Positions 22,805-35,849 are shown, numbered from the stretch's first letter. The stretch is DNA of 64,000 bases from Vicugna vicugna (GCA_013265495.1 MU058205.1:260312-324311), one strand, 5' to 3'. Numbers and translations: made by a program. Notes: generated from the sequence alone by a model not told the origin.

Positions 22805-23741
22805 AAACGCAAGACAGCCATGTGGTTCCTTCTCCCGGGGCTGCAGAAACGTGGCTACAAAAGTTGCTGCCTGTTTTCTAATATAGTCAATGGTATATTT
22901 TGAAACTACCTGAAAGGAACGTATTCTTTTTAGCAGTTGAGAAGGTGTCAGGTTTTACATAAGACAAATCTTGCTCCATGTCTCAACACATTTTGCAAAA
23001 ATTAGTAAAATAAACCCAGAGCGTGGGCACTCTGACCCAGCGGACCCACACGGTGCCCCTGCTCTAGGACTCTGAACTGAGCCACCGAGTCGGGGCAAAG
23101 CTCCCCGGGTCCGTCTCTGGGCTCTGTTAGCAGATTGTGGTGATTCCCAAAGCCTGCTCATTTGATACAATTTAAGTCAGATGTCCCCCAAATTAGGCAG
23201 GTTTTCCTCTCACAATGTATAATTTCTATTTATGTGTGATAGAGGGCATTTTTATTGCACATCCCTCTACGTGCATTTTTTGTTCTCATTTCATTTATTT
23301 TAATATTTAGGGGGTAACATGCAATTTCCACTGAAAACCCTATTTTCATGTTTCCTCTGTTTTATTTTCAAACAGTATCTTAATTTGGCAGGAAGTCACA
23401 AGCACGCTGAGCGTGTGAAGGTGTCCGCCACAAGCACTGAGCCCTGACAGCAGGTATCTAGGACATCGCAGCCTGGACTTGGGGGAGCTGTTTGCACCCC
23501 TTCGCCTTCCTGTCCTGCAGGGTTGTCAGAGGAAGAGGCGGGGACCAGGCAAAAAATTGATCTGCAGATTGGCACGATGCCATTTGACCATCAGCCTAGC
23601 TAATCTTTTCACATATACCATAAAGTTCTTTTAAAATTTTTTCATTTTTAACAAGTCGTCAAGTTCTAGTTCCACTCAGCCTGGAAAAAAGAAAGCATTT
23701 ATAAATCTAAAAGGAAAGCAAAAATCATGCAAATAAAAATC

Positions 23742-23860
23742 CTAGGTGTAGCCATCTATCAAAATTCATCAAACTGTACATCTGAAATATGTGTGATTTA
23801 CTGTACAGGATCCATACCACAATAAAGATGTTAATAAATTAATTAATCAGTTAATTTTTA
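23742..23860 (+). mobile_element. Old L1 3' terminus
   Basis: TCAAAATTCATCAAACTGTACA..TGAAATATGTG..ATTTACTGTA...CAATAAAG. Confidence 0.7.
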
Positions 23861-23939
23861 AAAATTGTACGAAAGTTATGGCAACCACAAAACCGCAGCC
23901 ATCCCTTGACAAGCTCACCTGAGAAGCAGACACAGTGTT

Positions 23940-24170
23940 AACAACAGTTAACAGTCATCATAGCCAGCACTCCTGGGCCCCACGCTGGGCCCGGCACTGC
24001 TCTGCGTTCTGTGTGAATTTGTTCATTCAGACCTCACAGCTCTGCTACTGAGGTGGGTACAATTAGCATCCATTTTACAGATGAAGACCCTGAGGCACAG
24101 AAATTGTGAAATGAGGTTGCACAGTCAGAATAAAAGCCCTGGCTGGGGCTCGCAGGGAGATTTGCATCCA
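23940..24170 (-). mobile_element. MIR SINE
   Basis: CCTCACAGC...GAGGTGGGTAC..TTAGCATCCATTTTACAGATGAAGACCCTGAGGCACAGA. Confidence 0.75.
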
Positions 24171-24877
24171 AGTGTGTGAGAGTTTTTATAATTAAAATGT
24201 ATGTTGAAGATATGCGTATATAAGTACCTGCTTATGCCTATGCACATGTGTATATTTGCTGGATTTGTACATTGAAATCTTTAAAATTCCCTGAAATCAA
24301 ATCTATAAAATCTGTTTGACGGATACATGAAAGTGTGCTATATTATTCTCTATACTTTCTGTCTAGTTGAAATATTTTAACAAATATTTTATAATCTAAA
24401 AGAAAGAAAAGAAAGCAAATCAGATGTTTGCAGAACCTCTGAAACTTCACTGGGCCGGGTCACACCCCCAGGAGCCCTGGCTTTGAAGAACAGATTGGAC
24501 TGTCCAAGTGGTTTGACTCCAAAGGGATGCAGAGGAAGAGGTCAAGCTCGCCTGGGCAACCACCCCATCACTTCCTGGTGAGCCCCTCCAGCTCCCTGCC
24601 TCCTGAAGCGCTCTGCCTACTGCCTCAGCACCTCCCCGCCTTCCCTCCAGGCCCCATCTTGCCTGTGCTATTCATTTCCTCACCCCTCTGCCTCCTGCCG
24701 CAGCAGCCCTGCGTGAGTCCATGTCCGGCTTGACAGCAGGCACCCATCACAAGCGCTCAGCGAGCAGATCAGTCCAGGCAAGCAGCCTGCTCAATCTCGG
24801 GAGCTCCTTTTGGTTCTGACAAGGCGTCTCTGATTTCTCTTAACTTACTCCTAACCACATAGCTTGGCCAAGCTTGC

Positions 24878-25678
24878 TTTCTTTCTTTTTTTGTTGTTGT
24901 AGTCAGTTACAATTTGTCGATTTCTGGTGTTCAGCATAATGCCCCAGTCATACATACACATATATTTGTTTTCATATCCTTTTCCATTAAAGGTTATCAC
25001 AAGATACCAAATGTAGTTCCCTGTGCTATACGGAAGAAATTTGGGTTTTTTTAATCTATTTTTATATATAGTAGTTAATGTTTGCAAATCTTGAACTCCC
25101 AAATTTATTCGTCCTCACCCTCTTCCCCCCCCCCGGTAACCACAAGATTGTTTACTACATCTGTGAGTCTGTTTCTGTTTTGTAGATGAGTTCACTCGTG
25201 TCTTCTTTTTTCTTTTTTTAGACTCCACATATGAGTGATGTCATATGGTATTTTTCTTTCTTTTTCTGGCTTACTTCACTTAGAATGATGATCTCCAGGC
25301 CCATCTATGTTACTGCAAATGGCATTGTTTTATTTTTTATGGCTGAGTAGTATTCCATTCTATAAATATACCACATCTTCTTTATCCAGTCAACTGTTGA
25401 TGGACATTTAGGTTGCTTCCAGTTCTTGGCTATTGTAAAATAGTGCTGCTATCAACATTGGGGTGCATGTATCTTTTTGAATTAGAGTTCCCTCTGAATA
25501 TATGCCCAGGAGTGGGATTGCTCGATCATATGGTAAGTTTGTTTTTAGTTTTTTGAGGAATCTCCATACTGTTTTCTGTAACAGTTGCACCAAACTACAT
25601 TCTCACCAGCAGTGTAGGAGGGTTCCCTTTTCTCCACAGTCTCTCCAGCATTTATCATTTGTAGATTTTTTAATGACT
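24878..25678 (-). mobile_element. Younger 5'-truncated L1 (about 0.8 kb of ORF2 C-terminus and 3' UTR)
   Basis: Minus [34 protein letters not shown] is L1 ORF2 C-terminus; T-rich tail at the left end. Confidence 0.95.
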
Positions 25679-26164
25679 GGGGGCCCAAGCAGAGGAGGCT
25701 CCCAGAACACAAGGTGAGGTGGTGGCTGTAGTTCACTTCCTTGAGGTTGACCGAGGACCTGCCAGCAGCCTAGCTGAGCGCCAGGAACGTGTGAGCCGAT
25801 GGCAAGGAGAAGGTGGGCCCGCAGGAGGGGAGAGCAAGATACCTGGACCAAGCCAACAAAGGGGTGAGACTTTGGCCCAGGGCAGAGGTAGGCCGTGAGG
25901 TGCTTAGCAAAAAGCTTTCACTGCAGGGACACTGGGAGCAGTGGGAGAGAACGCATGCACACCAAGAAGAACGAAGTTACAGAGAAGGGTTAGAGAAGTG
26001 AGTGTGGCCAAGTGGTGCTCAAGGCACTGTGAGAGTAAGAGCCGGGGAGATGGGAGGGATGTGCGGGAGGAGGCTGGGCCCGGGAGAGAGCAGCTCTCTG
26101 TGCCAGGCTAGGAATGGTCTGTTCCAGCCAGTCCAGACAATAATACCTCAAGCATAAAGCATGT

Positions 26165-26295
26165 CCACGTGACCTTATATAATCCCTGCAGTGACCCAGT
26201 GGGAGACCCCTACTGTCCCCATTTTGCAGGTGGATGTGCTGAGGTCCAGAGAAGCTGAGGCACTCAGTCAGATTCACACAAGCAGGAAATAGGTA
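26165..26295 (-). mobile_element. MIR SINE fragment
   Basis: CCCCATTTTGCAGGTGGATGTGCTGAGGTCCAGAGAAG. Confidence 0.6.
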
Positions 26296-27799
26296 GATCA
26301 GAAGACTGGAAGACGGAGGTATTTACTCTTAGACCATCACAGAAACTCTCCTTCACCTTGAGGTTTCAAACAACCTTTGGTGGGGTTGATGCGTTCAGCC
26401 CAACTCTCCTCCCTCTCAAGACAATTTCCTTTTCAACTCAGGTCATGCTCAGCATTGATTCAACACAGGGACAGCCTGACTCAGGATTTGGGGATGTCTT
26501 CAAATCGAATACTCAGAGTTGGCACTGGCCATCGGACAGCTGGGGACACCAGCTAGGTCCCCATCCGGTCTGAGGCTGTAATTACGGGACGTGGGGCTGA
26601 GTTATGGTCAATGGCCTCTGATGAAAAGCTGCACACGCCTGGCTGACAAAAGGCAGGAGAGAGCGAGGGCAGAGGTGCTGGTGCCCCCACAGGCTCCTCG
26701 GCCCCTCCCACCCACAGCCTCGCCCCTCCCTCGGGGAGCCCGGGCCCTGAGCACTCGCCTCCGGGCACTCAGAGCCTGCGGTCAGTGCGTGGGTGAATGC
26801 GAGTGCCTCCCACACTTCCCTTGGCCTCTGGCACATTCACGATGTGGTTCTGCCTCTCTGGGGCTGCCTATGATCGTCAGGGCTGCTGGGGGTCTGTAAT
26901 CTCTAGTCTGGGGGCAAGGAACCCACTGACTGGTTTCAGCCTGTGCTGTAAATAGCTCCACCTCTAGGTAGGGAAGCTTGGAAGGGATCTAACCCTCATC
27001 TCTGATCTGTGTCTGGACGATGTGGGTGCAGTCTGGAGGACCTGCCCCACCATCCACTCTGAGCCCACGGAAGCCTGGACGTCTGCACTGGGAGAAACTT
27101 ACAAAGATTCAGGCCGTGTTTAAGGAAAAGTAACTGGACTGGTCTAGGTGGGGGTTGAAGGCTGCCGTCTTTTGCTTCCAGACTGGGTGACCCTTGAGGT
27201 GGCACCAGAGGCTGGAGGAGAAACTGGGCCAGTTGTACAGGGCATCCAGAAGTGGATCTGTTCCTACAGCTTCTGAAGGGATGGGGTACAAAGACCCTAG
27301 AAGGGGAAGAATCTCAGAACGGGGAGGTCAGTCACACCTTGAAAATTCTGTTGTTTTTCAACCCCACAAGCACTTGAAGAATTCTCTGTGGGACCCCGGT
27401 CCTAGTGAGAGCCACGCAGAGCATCGCTTATCTCTAGGGCTTCAGGACTTCAAGGTTCATCCAGACATGGCTGAGTTCCCTTTCGAACAGCCACGCCCCT
27501 CCTTTCCAGTCAATTTGTATCCCTGCTCCTCATTCTCACCGCCCACACCCTCCAAAATTTACCTGCCCAGGCTTTAAACTCGTGCGGAAACTGTAACATG
27601 TTACGACTTTAAAAACTTTCCTTCTTTATGTTATGCCACATGGTAGGAGCGTCGCCCCAGCTACTCACAAAGGTGCTTCTGGTGATTAATAAATGCATAT
27701 GATTTGTTTGGATATATCACTCAATGTTTAGTTCTTAGAAGTCTCTCTGCACCTTTTTGGGGTTTCCTGCCCACATCCTTTCTGTTTTCATACCCGGAG

Positions 27800-28100
27800 T
27801 TGAACGTTCCAGGGACTTTTCCACTCTGAACTCCGAAATCCCTTTTCCTGTTTATCTGAAGTGGGATTTAGATCCTGTGTGGCCCTGGTATCCTCGAGGA
27901 AAAGAGAGCGGGAGGGGAGGAAGAGGGAGAAAGCGGCAGGGGAGGTCAGGGGTGAATCTGCTGGAACAGAAAATACCAAGAGCGCGAGCGGCCAGGACAC
28001 GCGTGTGCCCACGGACCTCCCTGCCGAGGGCGAGAGTCAGTGACAGACTCAGCCAAGCCAGGCTTCCTCCCACAGGAAGCTGGGCGGGGAGGGGCTTCGA
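27800..28100. promoter_or_regulatory. Candidate CpG-rich enhancer or promoter-like element
   Basis: Non-repetitive, CpG-enriched; GGGACTTTTCC (kappaB-like), inverted ETS pair GCTTCCT-N5-AGGAAGC, GC box GGGCGGGG, palindrome ACACGCGTGT; motif evidence only. Confidence 0.3.
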
Positions 28101-28706
28101 CCCTGGCATTCTTTAGGGCCTCTCTTTGCAGCAGGTTACCTGCTAGCTTTATCTCTATACACTGTCAAGAAACCTTTTTTTTTAAATAAATTTAAGCTTT
28201 TAAACCCATGGTGAGTGAGTGATTAGGATCTCACAAACTAACGTCTTTTTCTTATAAACACTTAATAAAGCCAAAAGAAATAAGCCTTCCTCTCTCAAAG
28301 TTGACATGCTCTGTCCTGGCTGTCCCCAGTCAGGCCACCTTTCCACGTGCAGGACTCCTGGCTGGGTCTCTGGGAACTCGCCCAGGATAAGAAGGATCTG
28401 AGGAAGCAGTGGTTCCCAAGGGTATGCCTGATTCCTGCTTGGGATTGGATGGGACTTTGTTCCAGTCCTATGCAGGTTCTGGGGTGAGCTGAAAGGCCCT
28501 CTCTTCTAGGAAGCCTTCCTTCCTCGGCTCTCCACATCAGAATGCATTGCTCCCTTTGAAGGATTCCCATAGACCTTATTATCTACCTTTTTGGTTGCAT
28601 CTTCTTTCTGACTGCTTGTCTTTCTTTCCCAACTCCTTAAGGGCCTGGTTCAGAATTTTTCACAGAGCAGACCTAGTACATGTTCATTGTATCAATAGAT
28701 CTACTT

Positions 28707-28828
28707 TTTTGGGGGGTGGCGGGTGGTAATTAGGTTTACTTGTTAATGTTGGAGGAGGTGCCGGGGATTGAGCCCAGATCCTGATCCTGAGCATGAGCTC
28801 TACCAGTTGAGCTATACCCTCCCCCGCC
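28707..28828 (-). mobile_element. tRNA-Ala-derived camelid-type SINE
   Basis: TGAGCTATACCCTCCCCC head, GGGGATTGAGCCC B-box, GGTAATTAGGTTTA tail; perfect 15-bp TSD TCAATAGATCTACTT at 28692-28706 and 28829-28843. Confidence 0.93.
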
Positions 28829-28939
28829 TCAATAGATCTACTTCTAATGTCTTCAATATTATAAGGATCTGAGCTGAGCATTAGCAGTGGGTGAATCCTT
28901 CTGGCTACTGGGGAGAGCTCAGCCCAGGGGTCACCTTCC

Positions 28940-29120
28940 CTCCTCCCTGCTCTCAGCCTATGACCTCCTGCAACTACCATGTCGCCAGGGCCCTGGGCTT
29001 CCAAGGTCCCTACTCTTGGTTTGATGTTCTGCCGTCACCATCTTGAAATTCTTAATATTTTTTGAACAGGGGACCGACATCTTCCTTTCACATTTCTGTC
29101 TGCAAATTATGTAGCCCATT
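28940..29120 (+). mobile_element. MER45A-like hAT-Tip100 MITE
   Basis: CTTGGTTTGATGTTCTGCCGTCACCATCTTGAAATTCTTAATATTTTTTGAACAGGGG...GCAAATTATGTAGCC. Confidence 0.8.
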
Positions 29121-29205
29121 GTGATTCCTCTGTTCACAACTGAGCACGTACTGACTTCCTTAATCTCACTAACAACAGGAGAGGACACATTCAGCATAGG
29201 AGACT

Positions 29206-29307
29206 TTGTTTTAATTACAGTACCATCAGTTACAATGTGTCAGTTGCTGGTGTGCAGCACAGTGTCCCAGTCTTGCATATACATACATCTATTTGTTTTC
29301 ATATTTT
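29206..29307 (-). mobile_element. Severely 5'-truncated younger L1 (about 100 bp)
   Basis: Matches the 3' tip of the L1 at 24878; perfect 16-bp TSD TTCAGCATAGGAGACT at 29190-29205 and 29308-29323. Confidence 0.92.
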
Positions 29308-29544
29308 TTCAGCATAGGAGACTATTTAGAAAAGATGTAGCTATGTTCACAAAATAGAACTCTGTACTATTAAGGAAGTGATTCCAAAGAGAAATCATTA
29401 GGAAGCTGGCAAGAATAGATGAAAAAGAAGGGTTTGGTAATCACAAGAAGACAGAAGGCTTATTGAAATATTATGTTAAATATTTTATTTCTCCCAATCT
29501 TGTTTGTGCTCCTAATACGCACTACTCTCTTAAAAACAATGGCC

Positions 29545-29760
29545 ATTCTTGTTTGCACAACTTTGCAGTTTACAAAAGTCGTTCACCCTCAGTGTCCCAC
29601 TGAACCCTCCCACCCCGGTGAAGGATGTACTTCTACTATTATTGTCACTGTACAGATGAGCAAATGACAGTTAAAAAAACCAGTGGCCTTGCTGGGAAAA
29701 TCTGATATAAGTTGGAGCTGAACCCACCCGCTCTGGATCCTAAGTTTGGCCACGTCACTC
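29545..29760 (-). mobile_element. MIR SINE
   Basis: ACTTTGCAGTTTACAAAAG...ACTATTATTGTCACTGTACAGATGAGCAAATG. Confidence 0.6.
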
Positions 29761-30509
29761 TTCCAAGGGGAGTCACCAACATATGTGTTTGTCAAGGAAC
29801 AGAAATGTTAATCCAGGCCCTGTATGAATGACAAAATTTCAAATTATTTAAGTAAAAGTCTATACTATTTGGCTACAGTTAACTCACAAGCTAAACAACA
29901 AATTGTCTTGGAGCACAAAGCAGCAATTTCTACCTAGTCCTCCTGCCTTGTGAAAGAAAGTGGAGAAAAAAAATAAAGCTCGAATATTCTCAGTTGCTTT
30001 GACTTAAGCGCCTTGTTCAGTAACTTTGGAAAACCTGAAAGAGAAAACAAAGCCCTGCACCCTCCTTTCACATGATCTCAGGCTCCCTTCCTTGCGCGGT
30101 GACTCCCTGCATAAGCCAGCGCCTTCTTCAGCGATAACCCTGGGACGGATGAAAGAAGGCTTCAGAGTCCGCCTGGAGGGAGCCAGGGAAAGCGCGCGGT
30201 GTGGCCTTCCCAGGGGCGCAGGCGAACCTTCCCCCCTCCTGCACGCCCTGCTCTGGGCGGGGGCTGACAGCAGTCATCGCGCTGACCCAGTTCGGGGAGA
30301 GTGTAAGGCGACACCGTGTCAGGCTGACAAGCCCTGTGCGCAGGCCAAGTCTGGCCGGGACGCTCTCAGCAGCGGCCACAGACACCTGTGAGAATTCGTG
30401 GGCATCTAAGGACAAAGCCGGGATCCTGGCCGTGGAAACACAGGGTGCTAGTCTGAGCTGCTGATGAAGAAAACAGCCTGGGCGCCGATAGGGCAAGATT
30501 CTGTTTTAG

Positions 30510-30730
30510 TTTATTTTATTGAACAAACACTTGCATGGTGCTTTCTACATACCAGGGGCTAATCTAAGTACCATACGAATTTCACTTCATTTAATCTCAC
30601 CGTAGCCCATTCAGGTGTGGTCATTATCTCTGATCTATTTTACATTATTTACATTCATTACTTACTTTCTTTTTCTTCTGCATTATCTGTTTTACAGATG
30701 AAAAATCAAGGCCAAAGAGGTAAGTACCCA
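30510..30730 (-). mobile_element. MIR SINE
   Basis: CATTTAATCTCAC...TTTACAGATGAAAAATCAAGGCCAAAGAGGTAAGT. Confidence 0.6.
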
Positions 30731-31013
30731 GACCCAGTGGCCGCGCAGGACCTCAGCTGCAGCAGTTTGGTGTCACAGCCTCCACACGTGCCCACCACCC
30801 TGTGCCCAAGGGGGCTTCCTGGGGGGCATCTTGCCCCCATGTGAAGAGAGCCATGATTCCCCCTCGGGGCCAGTTCTCCCTCGGAAGTGGGAGCTGAGAA
30901 ATAGCCAGGCTCCTCGGCTGGAAAATTCTTCTTACTTTTGCCTCTTCCTGGTTTTACACATAAGGCAGAAGAGGAAGAGAACCAGAAAGATCATTTTAAG
31001 AATATCCTTCTTC

Positions 31014-31147
31014 GGGGAGAGGGTAGAGCTCAGTGGTAGAGCCCCTGCTCACCATGCATGAGATCCTGGGTTCGATCCCCCATGCCTCCATATAAAAGAA
31101 ATAAATACTTAACTACCCCCCCAAAAAACCCCACAAACTAACAAAAA
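31014..31147 (+). mobile_element. tRNA-Ala-derived camelid-type SINE
   Basis: GGGGAGAGGGTAGAGCTCAGTGGTAGAGC...CCTGGGTTCGATCCCC, A-rich tail; degenerate TSD AAGAATATCCTTCTTC / AGGAATAGCCTCCTCC. Confidence 0.9.
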
Positions 31148-31544
31148 AGGAATAGCCTCCTCCGGCCTGTTGGGCCATCTCTTCAATTCCACCAACAGAG
31201 ATTAAGTTTTTAAGTCAGCATTTCCCAAGCTGTTGCCCTGCAGAACCCTCATTCAGTGGTGGGTTGACAGGCACAAGAAAGTGAAAAAGGCTTCAGTGGG
31301 CAGTGTGTAAAAAAGATGAATGATCTGAAGTTCTGAATCATTCTTATCCATGATTTTTATACTGTAAATTTAGACTTTATCCATATGCAGTCATCAATAC
31401 TCTTATTCTGCAAGGCTTTCAACTTTAAATGAACAATCTCACACTTCATTCATCATTTGATAACTTGCTTTTCTCTGCAAAATTATGTTTAGCAATTTAC
31501 CCTTGTTCATGTGGCTCATCTGAGTTCATTTTAACCCTGCAACA

Positions 31545-31792
31545 TAACTAAAATTTCCCTAGTATCCACATTAAAGAAAAGAGAAAGGTAACATTATTTT
31601 TAGTGACATTTAACCCAATACAGCTCAAATGTGATCATTTCAACATTTAATCAAAATAAAAATTCTCAGTGAGATCCTTCACATTCTTCTCTCTGCACCA
31701 GTCTTTGTAGCTCAGGGTGTATGTTATCCTTACTGCCTGCATGAGTTCAGGCGAGCCCCGGAGTGTTGTGGCCCCACCCTGGACCGCACAGC
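31545..31792. mobile_element. MER33/MER3-like hAT MITE
   Basis: AGTATCCACATTAAAG...TTAACCCAATA...ATCATTTCAACATTTAATCAA..TAAAAATT; similar to 41632-41904. Confidence 0.65.
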
Positions 31793-32014
31793 TACAAAGC
31801 ATTCTATTACATAAATCCACCAGAATTTGTATCCCAGGAAAAAAGGTGATGAGCTAGAGTTGAAGAGGTTGTTTATTTTTACTGCAGCCCTTCTCAGAGC
31901 TTATAGCTCAAAGGGCAAAGTGAAACTCCCGAACCACGGTGAGGGGCACGGAGATTCAGCATCTCCCAAACCAACTTCACCAGGGACCACTTCTTCCTGG
32001 AGCTCTTTGTAAAA

Positions 32015-32225
32015 GACTTTGGGAGCAGCAAGAGCCCAGGTACTAGCTCTGGCTCAGCCTAGGTGGAAGCCCGTTCTGACACTTACTAAACACCTCCCCT
32101 TGGGGGTCGTCCTTTCAACATCTGTAAACGATCAACTGATGCTGCCTTTCCAGCATCTTGTAAAGAATAACGCGATAACGTGTTTTAAGCACCCAGGGCA
32201 TAGTAGGGGCTTAACAAATGTTAGG
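32015..32225 (+). mobile_element. MIR SINE
   Basis: CATCTGTAAA...GATAACGTGTTTTAAGCACCCAGGGCATAGTAGGGGCTTAACAAATGTTAG. Confidence 0.6.
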
Positions 32226-32378
32226 CTCCCCTCAGTTCTTCCCTCTTCCCTTGCCCCCTCTCTCCTAATGAAAGGAAACCACCTCTTAATAGGGAATGAT
32301 ATGTGATTGGCCAATTCACATAACAATGAGCCGTTACCAAATGAATATATAGGATATTGTATGACAACTCTATGAGGT

Positions 32379-32409
<31 letters not shown>

Positions 32410-33067
32410 AATGCAGATAACAAAAAATGAGGCACAGATGAAATGCCTTCTCCTTGCAGTAGGCGACTCGGAGCCCCTCTGTCATCAGCACCATGGTAGC
32501 ACCAATTCCAGGCTCTGGCTGTCCGCTCTGTTCTGTTCCCCTGTGTCTTAGCCTTTCGGCCCTGGACACACCCTCCTCCGCAGCGCTGTCTGCAGTGCCG
32601 CCACTCTGGCCCCATGGGTGGGACATCGTCCTGTGCATCGTAGGCGCCCAATGAGTACTGTTGAAGGAGGATGATTAAATGAACCATACTTGTGCAAATG
32701 GATGAGCATTGGAAAAACACATGACAAACTAAAAATGGTGGGATGAGTGATTTGCTCTGAAAAAAATGTTATGCCAGGTATTTGTGCAAAAAACAAAAAC
32801 TATTTTTTAATTCATGCACCTCTGAGAAGGGCAACAAATTAATTAGTCATTAGTAATTGGTAGGAGTTACTCAGCAGGAATTTCCCAGTCTCAGGTGGAG
32901 AGCCGGCCCAGGTAGGGGGCATGGTGGAGTCTGTGGGTGCCGGTGCCGGGGAGTAGGGGTGCTCGCCCACAGCACCACCTCCAGCATCGCGTTGACTAAA
33001 GTGATCAACTGTGGGCCAGACCTAGAGGTAATCACACGTGATCCCCGGAAGAAGGAAGGAGGCTCTA

Positions 33068-33182
33068 GGTGGGGGTCAGGCGTTTATTAGGTTTATTTTT
33101 AATGGAGGGACTGGGGATTGAACTCAGGACCTCATGCATGTTAGGCATGCGCTCTACCACTGAGCTCTACCCTCCTCCTCCC
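33068..33182 (-). mobile_element. tRNA-Ala-derived camelid-type SINE
   Basis: TTAGGTTTATTTTTAATGGAGGGACTGGGGATTGAACTCAGGACCTCATGCATGTTAGGCATGCGCTCTACCACTGAGCTCTACCCTCC. Confidence 0.92.
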
Positions 33183-34707
33183 AAATGTAACTTCTTATTT
33201 CTGCTTTCAAAAACCTGTAATGCTATGGTTGAAACTAACACTTCAGGACAGGGAGCAATTAATTTGTTTCTCTTAACTTGATTTCTTTGAAAGAAATTTC
33301 CAATCCATTGACTGCTTTCCAAGAACTTCCACATGTAGTATCTCATTAAACTTTCCATCCGATCTCCCAAGTGGGCATTACTGTCTTTACAACATTAATG
33401 GGGATGAAGGGCCCACCCAAGACCTGGAGACCGCAGAGGGAGGAACAGGGGTCTCTGCCGGCTCGGGGCCTGGCCCGGGAGCCCACATTCTCTCCCATAC
33501 ACCTCCCTGCCTCCTGCTCATTCCGCCTCCCCAATCTCTGCCTAGAGAGCTCAGCAATGCTGAGGGGGCGCCAGGAAAGGTGGAAATTTACAGAGTCCCT
33601 GAACTTCCTTTAAGCGAACTTCCCTAGTGACGCCAGTACCCGTTGCTTGCTGCTTGTTTTACGGATGGTGTCTCATCCAGTCTTCACAGACACAGAAACA
33701 AAGCTTTGCCATAGGCATTACTTTCTCCCATTCTGCAAATGAGGATTTTCATTTTGAATGATTTGCCCAAGGCCTCAAGCCAGTAAGAAGCAGCTAGATG
33801 CAAATCCGGGCCCTGAGCGCTTGACCCAGCCCAGCGGGACCCAGGACGGTCTAGTTAATCGCCCTTGTCCCAGCTCCATGGCTGGCAGTCTTACCCCTCC
33901 CTGCCCTGTGGTCAGGGGAGTCTGAGGACCCTGGAGGTAGCTCGGGGGTAAGGGCCAGAGGCAGCAAAAGGACAAGGATGAGCAAGGCCTCCTGGACACT
34001 TCACACCCAGCACACACACTGCCTGCGCTCTCCCTGGGGACACTGCAGCGCTCCCAGCTGCCGCCGGCTTTTCTAGTTTTCTTGGCAATTGGGTCTTGCC
34101 AGGTGACCCCACTTTGCTGAGACTCCTGGACAATCTCAATTCTTGAGTCTGTTTCATGAAGAGCTGGCCTTGCCAGCAGGCTAGCCAGGCAGACAGGGGT
34201 GGCCCCACACTGCACCCCAACCTCAGACCAGCTTGTGGGTTGCGGGCCATGCAGGGCCTGGGATCTGAGTCCAGGCACGTTCGGGGTCCATGTCCTACCC
34301 ATGATCCGTTATATTTCTCTTGTCTTTTCACACCTTTTTTTCCCCTTGTGTTTGTGCATCAGCTTCTCATTATTTTGCCCAAATTCCTCCAGAAGAATGT
34401 TCGTGTCTACCCTACTTCTAAAAATACATGAGTTGTAGCTAATAAGTATCGATGCTCAGTTTGTGAAAATCGCCATTGTGCTGCAGATTCTTTTCCATTA
34501 CGCTCCTCTTTGCCCTCAAAGTATACTAGTTCTTTCTTCCCCAGCTGCTCCATCCAGTACAGCTCCTGGCTGGGCACTGCTGGGCAAGCCCGCGCCCTCC
34601 CCAGCCCCACTCCCACGGCCAGCCCGGATCCAGACTCCAAGTTCTCCACCCTCTCCTCAGGCCACCGCTCAGGAACGGAGGGCAGACGCGTCTGTCCTTG
34701 TTTTCTT

Positions 34708-35330
34708 TTGTTTTTTTTAACTTGATATTAAACAAACATATACAGAAGTACAGACGATGACCCAGTGTAACCATTACCTGGCTTCAGCAATCATCAGCAT
34801 GTTTCATCTATTTATGAGGCAAACACAGCTGACACTCACATCATTTTGAAGCAAATACCAGGTATCCTGTCATTGCATGTGCACATCTAACAGATAAAGC
34901 CTGTTTTAAAAAATGTGTCACCATACCATTATCATCACATCCTTGAAAAAATTAATGTAAGTGCTTAATCTCATCAGATATCCCACCGTTGTCTCCTCTT
35001 CTCCAATCCTCTTAATCAATTTTGAAATTTCATTCAGTTCACTTGGGATTCCAAAAAAGAGCCGTATGTTGAGGTTGGCCGGTGTGTCTCCAAAGTCTCT
35101 TTTAATCTGTACATCCTCCCCTCCCTCCTTTCCTTTCCCTTTCTTTGCACGTTGCTCTTGTTGGAGAAGAAGCCGGGTCATTGTCCTGGAGAGTTTCCCA
35201 CAGTCTGGATGTGCTGCTGGTTCTTATGGTGTCATTCAACATGGTCCCCTGATCCCTGGCTTGTTAAAAAGTAGTGGATAGATCCAGAGCATCTAGATTA
35301 CACTCGGGGTTGATTGCCTTTTTGTGGGTG
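34708..35330 (-). mobile_element. Old L1 3' UTR (L1MC5-like)
   Basis: ATTTTGAAGCAAAT..CAG, GTCTCTTTTAATCT, TTGTTGGAGAAGAAGCCGGGTCATTGTCCTG..GAGTTTCCCACAGTCTGGAT. Confidence 0.8.
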
Positions 35331-35849
35331 TGTATTTGCGTCAGCACTGACCTTAACTCTTAAGACCCTTGAATAAAAATAATCATAATAACTGGGGACC
35401 CCACTTGGAGGTGGGGCGCTGGACAGGAACTTCCCTTCCGACATCTTAGCGTGGAAGCCCTGGAAGTTGGCGAGAACTGAAAGTGTCCCACTCTGTTTCT
35501 GATGCTGGGCACGCTGATCACCCCAATGTCTGAGTCAGGCTGCGGCCAGTTCTGCGACGTGCTTTAGCTCAAGGAACAGAGCAGCTTCAGGATGCAAAGT
35601 CATCGTGCGTCACAGCAACAGAAGGCCAGTTTCATTCATATGACTACCTTGCCACAGAGCTAGCTCTATGCCGGTTGAGCAGAAGGAATACAAAACAACC
35701 TGACTTATCTGAGGCCTATTTCATGTGCCAGAGTGACGTGTGTCGATGCCACCTCCACGGATGGTTGTCCGTGCGTGGTTGTAAACGTGCCGCCATGGAC
35801 AACTGTCCCTTAGAGGGACTCCCTGGGGCCTCCCCCGCTTTACCATCAG

